Origin: an uncultured Clostridia bacterium
GTDB lineage: Bacteria > Bacillota > Clostridia > TANB77 > CAG-508
NCBI GenBank assembly: GCA_963557785.1
Contig: CAUWBF010000003.1
Span: 101,830-165,829 of the forward strand
Length of the DNA: 64,000 bases
Direction: 5' to 3'
The notes beneath the pieces were generated by a model. That model made no database searches. It was not told the origin of the DNA and saw only the letters and a list, made by a program, of their open reading frames with translations. Shown piece by piece: positions 28,401 to 43,400 of this stretch. The first letter of the stretch is position 1, and each line of letters opens with the position of its first letter. Both the position numbers and the translations under genes were made by a program.

Positions 28401-31400
28401 AAAGTCTGTAACCATATTTAATACATCTGTATAATCTGTATTTCCAACTCTTTTATATCTTGATTCAGCTAAAGAGTTATTTCCTAATTTTCCATATGGG
28501 TCATATCCTACAGTTATAATTGTGCCATCGCTTAATAGAACTCCAGAACAACGATATCCTGTAGATACTTTTATACCATTTTCAATTATTGTAGATGATC
28601 TTGCATATGTAGTATTAGCATTATTATTTACATTAAAGAATAAGTAATTGCTGTAGTTATAACCCCATCCATATACTTTTCCTTCTTTTGTTAATGCTAA
28701 AGATCCTTCTACTCCTGCTGCTATATCCATTATGTTTGTTAAATCTTCTGTACTAGATACTTTTACTTTTGTAGCATAAACTTGGTTTGTAGTAGTTCCA
28801 TTTCCTAATTGTCCGTTTGAGTTTAATCCCCAACCATACACTTCGCCATCTTTTGTTAATGCTAAAGTATAGTGATATCCTACAGATATTTTTGTTACGT
28901 TACTTAAAAATTCATTTTCTGATATTTTAACTTGTACAAATTCTTGTCTATTTACATTTGTACCATTTCCTAATTGTCCATTTGTGTTTAAACCTGATGT
29001 CCAAACTGTTCCGTCTTCTTTTAATGTAACTGTAAAGTTATATCCTACTTCTACTTGTGGTCTTGCTATTGCTGTTTCTTTGTTAGATATAACTGTTACT
29101 ATTGTTTCTGCAACATGTCCTGTTACTAAGTTTTTAGCTATAATTGTTGTTTGTCCATTAGATATAGCTGTAACTTTGCCATCTTCATCAACTGTTGCAA
29201 TATCTTCATTACTTGAAGAATATTCAATATTAGTCATATCCCATTCTTTATTTATTAAGTTGATTCCTTCTGTCATACTTACAACTAGTTGTTTAGTTTC
29301 AGTTTGTTTTAATGTTATGTTTAGTTCATCAAATGTCATATATTCAGGATCTAATCTACTTGCATATTCTACTGCATCTATTTCTGTTCTTAATAGTGCA
29401 TTGTTATTATTTGATCCCATTGCCCAAACTTGACCATCTTCGTTCATTATATATGTTGTTTGATTTTGGTTATCACTACCACAGAATACTTTATATACTC
29501 CTGTAAGTGTTCCATATTCTTTTTGTACTTTTTGAGCTCTTGTAATATTAGTTCTTGTGTTATTTCCTAATTGTCCATATCCATTATATCCTGTTGCCCA
29601 TAATTCATTATCTTTTGTAATAGCATATGTAGTATATCTTGTTGCTTCTATATCTCTAATATTGTTAATTATATTGCCATTTGAGTTTGTTAAGTTAAAG
29701 AATACTGCTCCACTTCTATCTGCTGTTGTTCCATTTCCTAGTTCTCCATATGGATTATGACCTGCTGTCATTACTGTTCCATCTGCTTTTAGGAATGCTG
29801 TATGCGCTGCTTTTGTTGATATCTTAACTACATCTTTTATAAGTAATTGTGTAATTCCATTTGAATTTGAAACAGGTATATATGCTCCAAATGAACCATA
29901 GTAATTATTTCCTGTTGCCCATACTGTATTGTCTGATTTTATTACATATAAAGTTTCCCATCCCGCTTCTATAGATTCTACATTGTCGAAGTAATTTACT
30001 TCTTTTAAGTATAAGCTTGTTCCTGAATATCCTAATTGTCCATATCCATTTGCTCCTGTTGTATAAACTTGACCATTATTATCTAATACTGCTGTAAAAT
30101 CTATTCCTGTTGTTATTGCTCTTATGTTTTGGATTGGATTTCCATTTATATCTTGCATATATACTGGTCTTGTTTGATTTGTACTATTTCCATTTCCAAG
30201 TTGTCCACTAGTGTTTAGTCCCCAGGCTACTACTGTTCCATCACGTTTTAGAGCTATTACAGAATGATATTCTACTGCTATATCTATAACATCTGTTAAG
30301 TATTCTCCTTCTTCACCTGCAACATTAAGTACTTGCATAGGTTCTGTTGTTGAAGTTGTATTTCCATTTCCTAATTCTCCGTTTGCATTATATCCCCAAG
30401 TCCATACTGTTCCATCTTCTTTTAACATTACAGTAAAGTTTTGGTTTGAAGTATTATATGAGCCTGCATTTAAGATTTTAGCTCCTAGGCTTTCTACTTT
30501 AACATAAACTTCACCTGTTATATTGTTTGTAGTATCTTCCATTGTTATTGTAGCAATTCCTTCTTTTATTGCTGTAATTGTTCCATCTTCTGCTACTTCT
30601 ACAACATTTTCATCTGAAGAAGTATATGTTACTTCTCCTAATTCAAGATTTGTTATATATCCATTTATTTCATATATATATGGGTCTATATCAAAAGTTT
30701 CACCAATTCTTAAAACTGTAACATCTTTATTTGCTCTTAATTCTATTGTTCCAATTTTTACTAATTTATCTTTTGTTACTACTGTTTGGTCTGCTAATTG
30801 TCCATATCTATTATCTCCTGCTGCATATATAGTTCCATCGTTCTTTATAATGTTTACACTTTCTCCTGTTGTTCTTCCTATATATAGGGCGTCACTAATA
30901 ATCTCACCATTTTCTTCTAACATCTTAACTGGTAAGTTTATATCTGTTGTATTTCCTTGTGCTAATTGTCCATAGTTATTTCTTCCTATGCTGTATGCAT
31001 ATCCATCTTTATCTATTAAATATGTTGCTCTTTCTGAAGCACTTATATCTGTAATATTTTTAATTGAATCTGTTCCATCTGAATTTAATACTTTAATTGG
31101 TATATTTGTGTTTTTAGTAGTTGTGTTTCCTATACCTAATTGACCATATTGGTTATCTCCTACAGCATAAACTTCTCCATCTTTTGATAATAATAATACA
31201 TGATATTCTCCAGATTCTATATCTGTAATATCTTTTATTATTCCTTCTCCATCGCTGTCTTGCATATATGTTGGAGATGTTTGTGTTCCGTATATTCCTA
31301 GTGCGTTATTAGTATTTGTACTTCCTTGTGATAATACTGTACCGTCTGCTCTTAAATAGTATGCATAATAGTTTCCTGTAATTTTAATTATATTTTCTAC

Positions 31401-34400
31401 ATCTGGTACTTTTACAGGTAATTTGCTTGTTTTAAGTCCTGTTCCATAGTTATCTGTACCACAACTATAAACTGTACCATCTGCTTTTAAATACATTGTA
31501 GTTTCTTCATTGCTTATAAATACATCTATTATACCATCTAATTGCTCTGTTCCATCTTCGTTTAATACGGCTGTTGCATAGAAACTATTTGTTGTTGTGT
31601 TATTACCTAATTGTCCTTTTGCGTTATATCCCCATGCCCAAACTTTTCCATCTTTATCTACTGCTACAGCATGGTAAGCTCCTACTGATACTTTTACTAT
31701 ATTTTCTAGATAAGTATCTATTCCTGTTTTTACTCTTGTATATTCTTTTTGTGTAAATGTTGATGGTAATCCATTACCTAATTGTCCATAATTGTTTGCT
31801 CCTGCTGTGTATACTGTTCCATCTTCTTTTAGGAATACTGAGAATTCATTACCTGATGCTACCTCTGGAACTGTTAGAGCTTTTTCATCGTTTAATATAA
31901 CATTTACAATTACTTGTGCCTCATTTTGAGTATTATTGTCTACTACTCTTATTCTTGTTGTTCCTCTTGCGATTGCTGTTATATTTCCTTCCCCATCAAC
32001 TGTTGCTATTTCTTCATTATCTGAAGACCAAGTTATATTATCTAAGTTTAATTCTTTGCTTAATAATCTGAATTTTTCATTGTATTCAGCTGTTATTTTC
32101 TTTGTGTCATCTATTTTTAAAGTTACTTGTTTATCACTTAAGTTAATATATTCTTTTTGTGTTAATACTGGTGTTAGTATATTTCCTGTGTAATCTACAA
32201 GTGATGAACCAAAGTTGCTATATCCTACTACTGCTAATTCTTTATCTTCTGTTCTTATAAACCATTTATTAGATATAGTTTGAGCATATACTTCTATAGC
32301 TTTTCCATCAAAACGTTTGTATATAGCTGTTGGACGTGTTCTATTTGAAGTATCACCTACACCTAATTGTCCACAATTATTATATCCAGTTGTGTAAATT
32401 GTTCCGTCTTCAGACATTAATATAGATGAGAAATTATTTGTTTTAATATCAATAATTTTTTCTATATATCCATCATTGCTTTGGTTTTTCATTTGTGTAA
32501 ATGCTGATTGATTTGTAGAATTATTTAATCCTAATTGTCCTTCAGTATTTCTTCCTGTTCCCCAAACTGTTCCATCATTTCTTAATATTAATCCAAAATC
32601 ATTTCCTGCTGCAATTTTTATTGCACCTTCAAAATCTGATTTTACTGGAACTAATACATTAGCTGTTGTTCTATTTGAATTTCCTTGTTGTCCTGTTCCA
32701 TTTGCACCCCAAATCCATAATGAACCATCTGCTTTTAATGCCATTGCATGATCATATCCACTTGAAATTTGTGTTACATTATTTAATTCTTGAACTTTAT
32801 TTGCATAGCTTTGAGATGTTGTATTTCCTATACCTAATTGTCCATAGTTGTTATATCCCCATGAATATACATATCCATCTTCAGAAAGTGCTAATGTAAA
32901 TAATTCACCTACTGATATTGCTTTTATATTTGTAAGAGGTGTATCTTCTGCTACTAATACTTGTGTTCTTGTAGGTAAGTTTGTAGTTGTACCATTTCCA
33001 AGTTGTCCATTACTGTTATATCCCCAAGCTACTAAAGTACCATCATCTTTTAAAGCAACTGCAAAACTTGCTCCTACTCCAATATCTTTAACTCCTTCTA
33101 AAGGTGTTGTTCCGTCAATATCTAATACTTGTGTTGGAACTGTACTAGATGTTGTAGTAGTTGTACCATCTCCTAATTGTCCATAATTGTTTTGTCCTGT
33201 AGCCCAAACTGAGCCATCTTCTTTTAAGAATATTGTAAAATCGTTTCCTGCTGCTACTTTAGCAATTGTTGCTTCTTCTTCTGTTTGAACATAAATTGTA
33301 ATTTGTTTTGTTATGCCTGTTTCTTCTTGTGTCATTGTTACATATGCTGTTCCGTTTGCTAAACCTGTTACATTTCCTTGTTCATCTATTTCTACTATTC
33401 CTTCTTTGTCTACAGTATATGATATTGTTCCTAAATCTGTAGTATTTCCAAATATGTTAATTCCTTGTTTTATGTATGGTTTTAACTTTGTTGTGTCTCC
33501 TATTTTTACCCTTATATATGTTAAATTATTTTCTAATTTATCTGTAGAAACTCTAACTAATTTTGTTTGATTTTCTGCTGAATAGTTTCCAAATTTAGCA
33601 TAAGCTTCTGTTCCTGCTGCATAAACATTTCCGTTATCTTTTATTAATGTTATTGCGTTATCTTCTGTTTTTCCTAAAGATATAACATTTGTAACTGATG
33701 TCTCTCCATCTATATCTTTTATAGTTGTAAATTCTATTACATTTTCTGTTGTTCCTTGAGCTAACATTCCGCTTCCATTATAGCCTATTGCCCAAGCTGT
33801 TCCGTCTTTTGCAAGTATTACTGAGCTTGCATTGTATGCCATTATATCTTTTACTTCTATACCTTCTGGTAAGTTAACTTCTACTAATGCATTTTTATTT
33901 GCTGTGTCTCCTGTATTTAATTGTGCATAATCATTTCTTCCTGCACCATATACTTTTCCATCTTTTGTTAAATATAGGGCATGATTATTAGAAACAGAAA
34001 TTTTTACTACTCCTGCTAATAATTCATTTGTTTCATCATTTACTTGAATATATTTTGCATAGTTTGTGTAGGCTGTATTAGATATTGTTTGACTTTGAGC
34101 TATTTGTCCATAGTTGTTTTGTCCCCAAGAATATACTTGAAGATTAGAATCTAATACATTTATGAAGCTTGTTCCTACTTCTACTTTTATTGCATTATAT
34201 ATATCTGTTAATACATTTGGTATTTTTCTATTATTGCTATTAGGAAGTATTGGATAATATGAACTATAGTAGTCATAACCCCATACATATACTCTTCCGT
34301 TATTTCCTATAGCTGATACAAATTGATTGTTACCATCTATATCTATAATGTCTTTTAATACATCACTTCCTGTTTCATCTAGTACCTTTACTGCAGCATT

Positions 34401-37400
34401 TTTATTTGCTGTACTGTTTGTTCCTAATTGTCCATTTCCATTGTATCCCCATGAATATACATATCCATCTTTAGATAATGCATACATAGAGTTTCCTGCT
34501 ACTGTAACTTTTACTATATCTGTTAATTCTAAACCATCATCTTTTATAACTTGTACAAATTCATTTCTGTGGCTTACTGTTGTTCCATCTCCTAGTTGTC
34601 CGTATGTATTGTCACCAATTGTCCAAACTGTTCCATCTTCTTTTAATATTACTGTGTTATTTGTACTTTGTTCTGTTTCTCCTAAGCTTACTGCATTTTC
34701 ATTATTACGTAAAACATTTACTGTTGTTGCTGCCATTAATCCAGTTGTAGCTTCTTCTGCATAGATTATAGCTGTTCCATATCCTATTGCTGTAACTTCA
34801 CCATTTTCAGATACTGTTGCAACTGTTTCATCGCTTGAATGCCATGTTAATTCTATTGTATCTAAAGTTCTTCTTATTACATTTGCATTTGGATTATATG
34901 AAACTGTTAATGTTTCTTTTGAACCTTCTTTTAAGTATATAGATTTTTTATTTGTTTCTATATAACTTGGTCTTATTTCCATTGCGTTTGCTATATTAGC
35001 TGTTACACCTTGTAGTCTATATTGTGCATTAGATTTATTTAATCCAGAACCTACTAATTCCCCATTTTCTTTTATAGCTACAAATGTTGATACAAATGTT
35101 GAGTCTGCAAATTTCTTAATATCTGTTAATTCGTTTCCATATTCATCATACATTAATGTTAATGTATATTGCGTTCCTATGTTACCATTAGATGCTTGAC
35201 CATATTGGTCATCTCCTGTTGAATAAATTTTTCCATCTCTTGTTTTTACATATGTTGTATTTATTGCAGTTCCAATATCTACAAATGTTTTACCCTCTAG
35301 ATATGAAATTAATACCGGTTCTGTATTAGCATTTAAACCTATTCCAGATTGACCATATCCACTATAACCCCATGTATATAATTTTTGTTCTGTTGTTAAT
35401 GCTACAACATAGCAATTTCCCACAGCTATTTTTTCTACATTAGTTATGGCTGCTTGTCTTGGAATAGTAGAATTTGCTGTTGTTTTATTACCAAATTGTC
35501 CATTTGAATTGTTTCCAACGCTATATACATTTCCATCTTTTGTAAGCATTGCAAAGAAGTTTCCATGTCCCCCTTCTATTTGAATGACATTATTTAATTC
35601 TGTACTATCAACTTTTCCTAATTTTGTTGCTGGTTCACTTGTTGTAGCTGTTCTTCCTAATTGTCCATAATTATTTTGTCCTGCTGTCCAAACTGTTCCA
35701 TCTGATTTTAATATCATTAATGCTGCATCTGTAAATGCAATGTCCACAACATCTGTTATTTCTTCATCATTAACATCTATTGCTCTTGTAAACTCTGTTA
35801 CATTTGTTGTTGTTCCTAACGCTAATTCTCCATTTGTATTTAGACCGCAAGTATATAAAGTACCGTCCTTTAAAAGAACTGCTACTGAATTATTATTTGC
35901 TTCTATATCTATTACGTTTGTTATAACCTCTCCATCTAAAGAGTATCTTAATTCTTTAATTTCTGTGTTAACTACTTTGCTACTATCTCCATTTTGTCCG
36001 TTAGCATTTGTTCCCCAATATCTTACTATTCCATCTTGAGATAGTGTATATGTATTAAGATCTGTAACTACTACTTTTTCTATTTCTGTTTCTGCTTGTG
36101 TTCCAACTACATTTACAAATATAGTTTTGGAAATTTCAGCTGTTTCATCCTCTATTACTAGTCGTGCATTTCCTTTCTTTATACCTGTAATTGTTCCGTC
36201 CTCTGTAACTGTTGCAATATCTGTATCTAGTGATGTATATGTAATAGTTCCATTGTTTTTAACATTGTGGAATACATTAACAGCATTTGTAACTTCTACG
36301 TCTAATTTCTTAGTTTGTCCTTCTACAACTTTTACTGTTGTATAGTCTATACTAAATGTTTCTCTAGAAGTTAATTCTAAATATTTTATATCATCTCCAA
36401 TTACATAATTACTATTTTTTATGTCAATTTTTGTTATAACAGCATAACCATTTCCTGTATTACCAACCATAGTTGATGCTCCATCATATGTCGGCATACT
36501 TTGATTTCCAGCTATTGTATATGCATTATCTAAATAATATTCTGATGATACTGCATATCCACTTGGTACTGCAGAATTTATAGTATATACGAAACCTGAT
36601 CCGCCACCGCCACCACGGTCGTCATCTGCTGATCCATCTGGATTAGATCCGCCACCGCCGTACCAGCCGCCACCGCCGGCACCTGCATGACCTCCTGAAC
36701 CACTAGCTCCAGATCCACCTTGACCAAATGTTCCTCTATAACTTCCTGCTGCTGTTGTTGTAGCTCCTGTTCCACCACTACCATAAGATTCTGTAGCAGT
36801 TCCTCCAGAAGTTCCTCCACCGTAATATCCTGGTCTATTGCTAGCTCCATCTGAACCACCACCACCAGCTACTATAACTCTATTATAAAGTGATGTTCCT
36901 CCAATTCTTATATCTGTGGCACCACCACCACCAGCGTGGTAAGCTCTTGAACCACCACCGTTAAATCCTCCAGAAGTTCCTCCTGTATTACCAGATCCTC
37001 CTACATATACATAAACTGTTTCTCCTTTTCTTAATTCAACAACACCTGTTGAATATCCTCCTTTTCCACCATAACCTGAATTTGAACGATATCCACCTTG
37101 TGCTCCCCAAACTTCTAATTTATACATTCCATTTTCTTGGGCAGTAAATGTTTGAACTCCAGCAGAGTAAGCATATGCATATCTGTCTCCAGTTAGGTAT
37201 GAACCTGCTTGATTAAATACAATTCCAAATTGGCCATATGTATTATTTCCTGTTGCATAAAGATTACCATCATCTTTAATAACAGTAGAGAAATTATTAT
37301 AATATTCGCCTATGGCAAATACACCATCAAAATCGCTATCATCAGCGTTTTTCATAGCTACTGCTTTTGTAAAGTTTTGTATTGCTCTTTGTGATAAATT

Positions 37401-40400
37401 GTAGTTTGTATTTCCTCCTACTACATAAACTTTTCCTTCATTATCTAGCATATATGTTGCTATTCCTGAAGCGCTTATTTGCTTAATATTTGTTAATTCT
37501 GTATCTTCATCTGAATCAATTAGTACTTTAACTGGTAAACTTGAATTTGTAGTTGTACCATTTCCTAATTGTCCATTTGTATTTAATCCTGTTGTATAAA
37601 TTGTTTTGTCTTTAGATAGAACTACTGTATGGCTTACTCCAGATGCTACTGCTGTTGCATTTTTTAACATACCTGTTCCATCTTCATTTCTCATTTGTAT
37701 AAAATATCCGTATTGTGTTGTATCTGATGAACCATATTGTCCATAATTATTTTGTCCTGCTGACCAAACTGTTCCATCAGCTTTTAATACTGTTGTTGTA
37801 TTTCCTTTGCTAGATACTTCTATTACATTATTTATATCTAATGCTTTTACTGGAAGTGAAGTATTTGTTGTATTCCAACGTGCAAATTGTCCATTTCCGT
37901 TATATCCAACACTGTATACTTCTCCATTTTCTTTTAATAATACTGTATGATTTGCACCTGCTGATATATCTACTATTCCTGTCATCATATCTGTACCGTT
38001 TTCAGCTAACATTTGTACTGCATAATATGACATTGTAGTATTATTTTGTCCTAGTTGACCATAAGTATTAATACCCCAAGACCAAACTGTTCCATCAGCT
38101 CTTAGTGCTACAAAATAGTTTTGTCCTGCAGCTATTTTTATAACATTATCTAATTCTGTAAATTCTGCTGTTTTAACTTGAACATAAGTTGCAGATTTAT
38201 CTCTTTTTCCTCTACCTAGTTCTCCATTTGTATTATCTCCTGCTGTCCAAACTGTTCCGTCTTCTTTTAATACTGCTGTTGTATTTAGGCTTTCTGCAAC
38301 TGCAGCATAAGCTACAGCGTTTTCATCATTTAATAATACTGTTACTTTAACTTGTGCTTCATTTTGTGTATTGTTATCTATTATTCTAATTATTGTTTGT
38401 CCAAATGCTACTGCTGTAATATTTCCTTCTTGGTCTACTGTTGCAATACCTTCATCATCAGATTCCCAAGTAATATTATCTAGGTTATATGTAACATCTC
38501 CTAAATTTAAATTTTGTTTATATTCGGCATTTACTTTTATTTCGTTTCCAACTTTTAATGTTAATTGTTTCTTGTCTAATTCTATATATTCTTTATTTAT
38601 TATTGTTGATCTTAATAAATTTCCACCTGGTATGTTTGTTAATCCATTTCCACTATTTAAGTATCCACTTACTGCTATATGACCATCTTCTGTTCTTACA
38701 TATAGTAAAGGATTTGCATTTAATGTATCATTTGTATATATTTCAACTATTTTAGATTCTAAGTCTGAATTTAATTTTACTGGATATGCATTTATATTTG
38801 CTGTTGCTCCATTTCCGAATTGTCCATAACCATTATATCCAACACTATATACATCCCCATTATTATCTAATAATACTGTGTTGTTATAGGCATTTTTAAT
38901 ATCAATAATATTATTTATATATCCTGTATTATTAGCGTTCTTCATTTGAGTAAATGTTGATGTACCATAATTCTCGCCAGTATTTCCTCCAGAAGTTCCA
39001 TTTCCTAATGCTCCATAATATATTCTACCACAAGACCAAACTGTTCCATCTTCTTTTAAGATTACTAAATTATCATGCCCTGCTGATACTTTTATAATAT
39101 TATTTACATTATTATATACTCTTGTTGGAATTGTAACACTTGAATTATATGAACTGTGTCCTAAACGGTAGTAGGCACCATATCCCCAAGTCCAAAGTTC
39201 TCCGTCTTTTCCTAAAGCTGTTGCATAATCATCTCCTGCTGATATTTGTATAATATCATGTACTTCTAATGTTTGAGTTGCATACTTAATCGGTGTTGTT
39301 GTATTTCCAATTCCACATTCACCATTATTGTTGTATCCCCATGCATATATATATCCATCATTTGTTATGGCATATGCTGTACTATCGTCTGTCATTTGTT
39401 CTATTGCTTTTATATTAGTTAATGGTGTTTCGCTATCAACCATTACTTGTACTGGAACTAGACTGTCTGTAGTAGTACCATTGCCTAATTGTGCATAATT
39501 ATTTCTTCCATATGTCCAAACTGTTCCATCAGTTTTTAATACTGCTGTATTCCATGACCCTACAGCAATATCTATAATTCCTGTTAAAGGTGTTCCATCT
39601 ACGTCCAATGCTTGAACTGGTTCTGAGCTACTTATTTTTGTATTATTTCCTAATTGTCCATATGCATTATTTCCCCAGCTCCAAACTGTTCCATCTTCTT
39701 TTAATAATACTGTAAAATTATCTCCTACTGCTATTTTTTCTATTAAAGATTTTTTAACATTTACTAAAACTTGTTTTGTAAATCCATTTGTTTCATCTGT
39801 AATTGTTACTCTTGCTGATCCACATACTAAACCTGTTACTTTTCCATTTTCATCTACAGATATAACTCCATTATCTTCTGCTACAAATGTTAAATTTCCT
39901 AAAGTTATCTCATCATTGTATATATTTATACCTTCATCAATATATGAATCAAGAGTTAATTCTTCTCCAATTTTTATGTCATATATATTTTTATCTGTCC
40001 TTAATTTTGTTGGATCACATAATGTTAATGTTGTGTGATTAGCAGTATCTTGGTTTGCAAATGTACCATAAGGTTGGTAACCTGCCATATTTATTGTTCC
40101 ATCACGTTTTACATATGCTATTTGGCTTCCTCTTGTTTTTCCTACGAATAAGATATCTGATAAGTTAGTTGTTCCATCTGTATCTTTTATTGCTACAAAT
40201 GATGTAACTTGTGTTGCATTTCCTTGTGCTAAATCTCCATATTGATTGTATCCTAATCCGTATACATTATTGTTTGCATCTACTATTATTGATTCCCATA
40301 CAGATGCCATAATAGATTTTACTTGAATATCTCCTGTATTTAATTTTACTGGTAATGTTTTATTTCCTGTTGCTCCTTGTCCTAATTGATAATGTTCATT

Positions 40401-43400
40401 GTTGCCTACACCATATACTTCTTTATCTTTATTTAAGAATAAAGCAAATGTATTTGTTGCACTTATATCAATTATATTTTCTAAGCTTCCTGTTCCTTCT
40501 TTATTAAATACATATTCAAATCTAGTATCTTTTTCTGCAGTTGTTCCAACTCCTACTTGTCCTGCTGTGCTCCATCCTGCTGAATAAACTTTTTGTTCAC
40601 TTGTTAGAATATATGCATTTACATATGATGCTTGTACTTTTATAGCATTTTGTACATCACCAATTTTTATTGGTAATTTTTTATTTGCATTTCTTTCTAA
40701 TAGATAATCTGTATATCCCCATGTATATACATCACCTTTATTATCTAATGCTAAAACTATATATTGATTTGATGATGCACTTCCTACTGATGCATCTATA
40801 TCGATAATATTTTCTAAATATCCTGTACCTGCTGTATTCTTTACTTTTACTGCTACATTTCTATTTGTAGTATCGTTTTGTCCTAATTGTCCAATGTTAT
40901 TTAATCCCCAAGCATATACATATCCATCTTGAGTTAAAGCATATGCTGTATACCAGCTTTGTGCTATTTTAACAACATTTTCAAGATATCCACCTTCATC
41001 TTTTTTAACTCTTGTGTATTCTGCTTTATTTATGTTAGTTCCGTCTCCTAATTCACCATGTCCATTGTATCCAATAGTCCAAACTGTTCCATCTTCTTTT
41101 AATAAAACATTAAAGTTATCATTTGTTTTTATATCTCCTAAGGTTACAGCTTCTTCGTTATTTCTTATAACTGTAACTATTGAACTTGCCTTTAAACCTG
41201 TATTTTTATCTTCTACCCAAATAGTTGCTGTTCCTATTCCATTTGCTGTAATTTTTCCATCACTAATAGAAGCAACACTTTCGTCACTTGTGTGCCATTC
41301 TAAGTCTAAGTTATTTAATTCTCTATTAATTAAATTTAAGTTGCAATTGTATGTTACACTTAAATCTTTTTCTTGTGTTTCTTTTAATATTACTTGTCTA
41401 TCGCTTATTTCTAAGTAATCTTCAAATACTGCTGTAAAATTATTAACTGTGCTATTGGCACTTAATTGTTGATAGGCTTCATTATCACCTGTCATCATTA
41501 CTGTACCATCATTTAATATGATAGACATTGTTTGACCATAGTTTCCATCTTGCATATATTTTACATCAGTTATTGCGTTTCTATGTACATCTAAACATTT
41601 TGTAAGAGTAGTATGTTTTGATGTATCTGTTGTTCCAATTGATAGACTTCCTTGTCCGTTATATCCTGCTGCATATAGTCCATCTTCTTTTAAAACATAT
41701 AGTGTTGAAGATGTTGTTCCAAAGTTTAATACACCATCTACATTTATTGGTTTTATTTTTATATTATTTGTAGTTGTACCAGTTGCAAGTTGTCCATAAT
41801 CATTATATCCAACTGAATATAAACTTCCATCATTCTTTTGGAATATTGTAGAAGCCCATAAAGTTGCTATTTTTGTAACGTCTTCTATATTCGCTTTTGT
41901 TGGTACCCCATATTGTGTTGTGTTTTCTGTTCCTAATTGTCCATATGTGTTTAATCCTACTCCATATACTGTACCATCAGCTTTTAACATAACTAAATAG
42001 CTGTCTCCTACTGATATTTGAATTACATCTGTTATTCCTTCAACTTGTCCAAATTTTGTTGCAGGAGAATCATCTGTAACTGTTCTTCCTAATCTTCCAT
42101 TTGCTGTATTTCCTGCTGTCCAAACTGTTCCATCTTCTTTTAGTACTGCTATAAAGTCTGCTCCTGTTTGAACTTCTTTTACATCTGTTAAAGGTTCATC
42201 ATTTACTGTTATTGCTTGTGTGAATTGTGTTTTATTTTCTGTGTCTCCAACTCCTAATTGTCCATTTGTATTTAGTCCTGCTGTTTCTAATGTTCCATTT
42301 TGTAATACTATTGCACTAAAGTTATATCCACCACTTATATTAATTATGTCTTTTCTTACTTCTCCGTCTTCGTTTGTTAAAACATATCTATCTGTTGTAC
42401 TTGCTGTAGTTACTCCATTTCCAAATTGTCCATATGCATTTGTTCCCATAAATGTAACTGTTCCATCTTCTGCTAAAGCCATTGTATGAGTATCTTTTGA
42501 TATAACTTTATTTATATCTTGGAAACTTCCATTTTCTGTAACTCTTACTATTACATATGTTCTAATTCCTTGCTCTGCGTTTTCTATTGTGATTTTTGCA
42601 GTACCTTTAGATTTACCTGTAAGTAATCCTGTTTCTGATACTGTAACAATTTCTTCATTATCTGATGAGTATGTTAAAGTTCCTGCTGTATTTATTGTAT
42701 TAAATACGTTTAAGCTATTTTTATATTGTATCTCTAATTGTTTTGTTCCATTTACTTCTACTGTTTTTGTTAATTCATCTACTACTAATTTTTCATATGA
42801 AACTTTAGTTAAATATGTAGCATTTGAATTTATTTGTGTATCATCACCTAATTGTCCAAATTCATTATTTCCTGCTGACCATATGCTTCCATCTTGACGT
42901 ATTATTCCTAAGTTTCTTGCTGGCGCTGTTGTATTTGTTATATCAGAATATAGTCTTATACTTCCAGTTGCTAATAAAATAGCATCTTCTACATCTGTTC
43001 CATCGCTATTTTTTAGAGTAGTATATGTTGTTACATTTGTAGTGTTTCCTTGTGATAATTGTCCATATGCATTTCCTCCTGTAACATATACTTTTCCATC
43101 ATCTGCAAGTATCATACTGTGTGATATTCCTGTAGATAGTTGTTTTACTTTTATAGAAACTTCTTGAGTTTCTTCTTCTCCATCTGCATTTGCTACAGTA
43201 ACACTCTTAGTTGGTAATGTTACTTTTGTCCAAGATGTTCTATTTGTAGTATTTCCTAGTCCTAATTGAGCATAGTTATTTAATCCTGCTGTATATAGTT
43301 CTCCATCAGAAGTTAGTATATTTGCATGATATGTGTTATTTGATGCCATTATTACATCTTTGTTTATTATATTAAATAATGATTGATTTGTTGTACTTCC

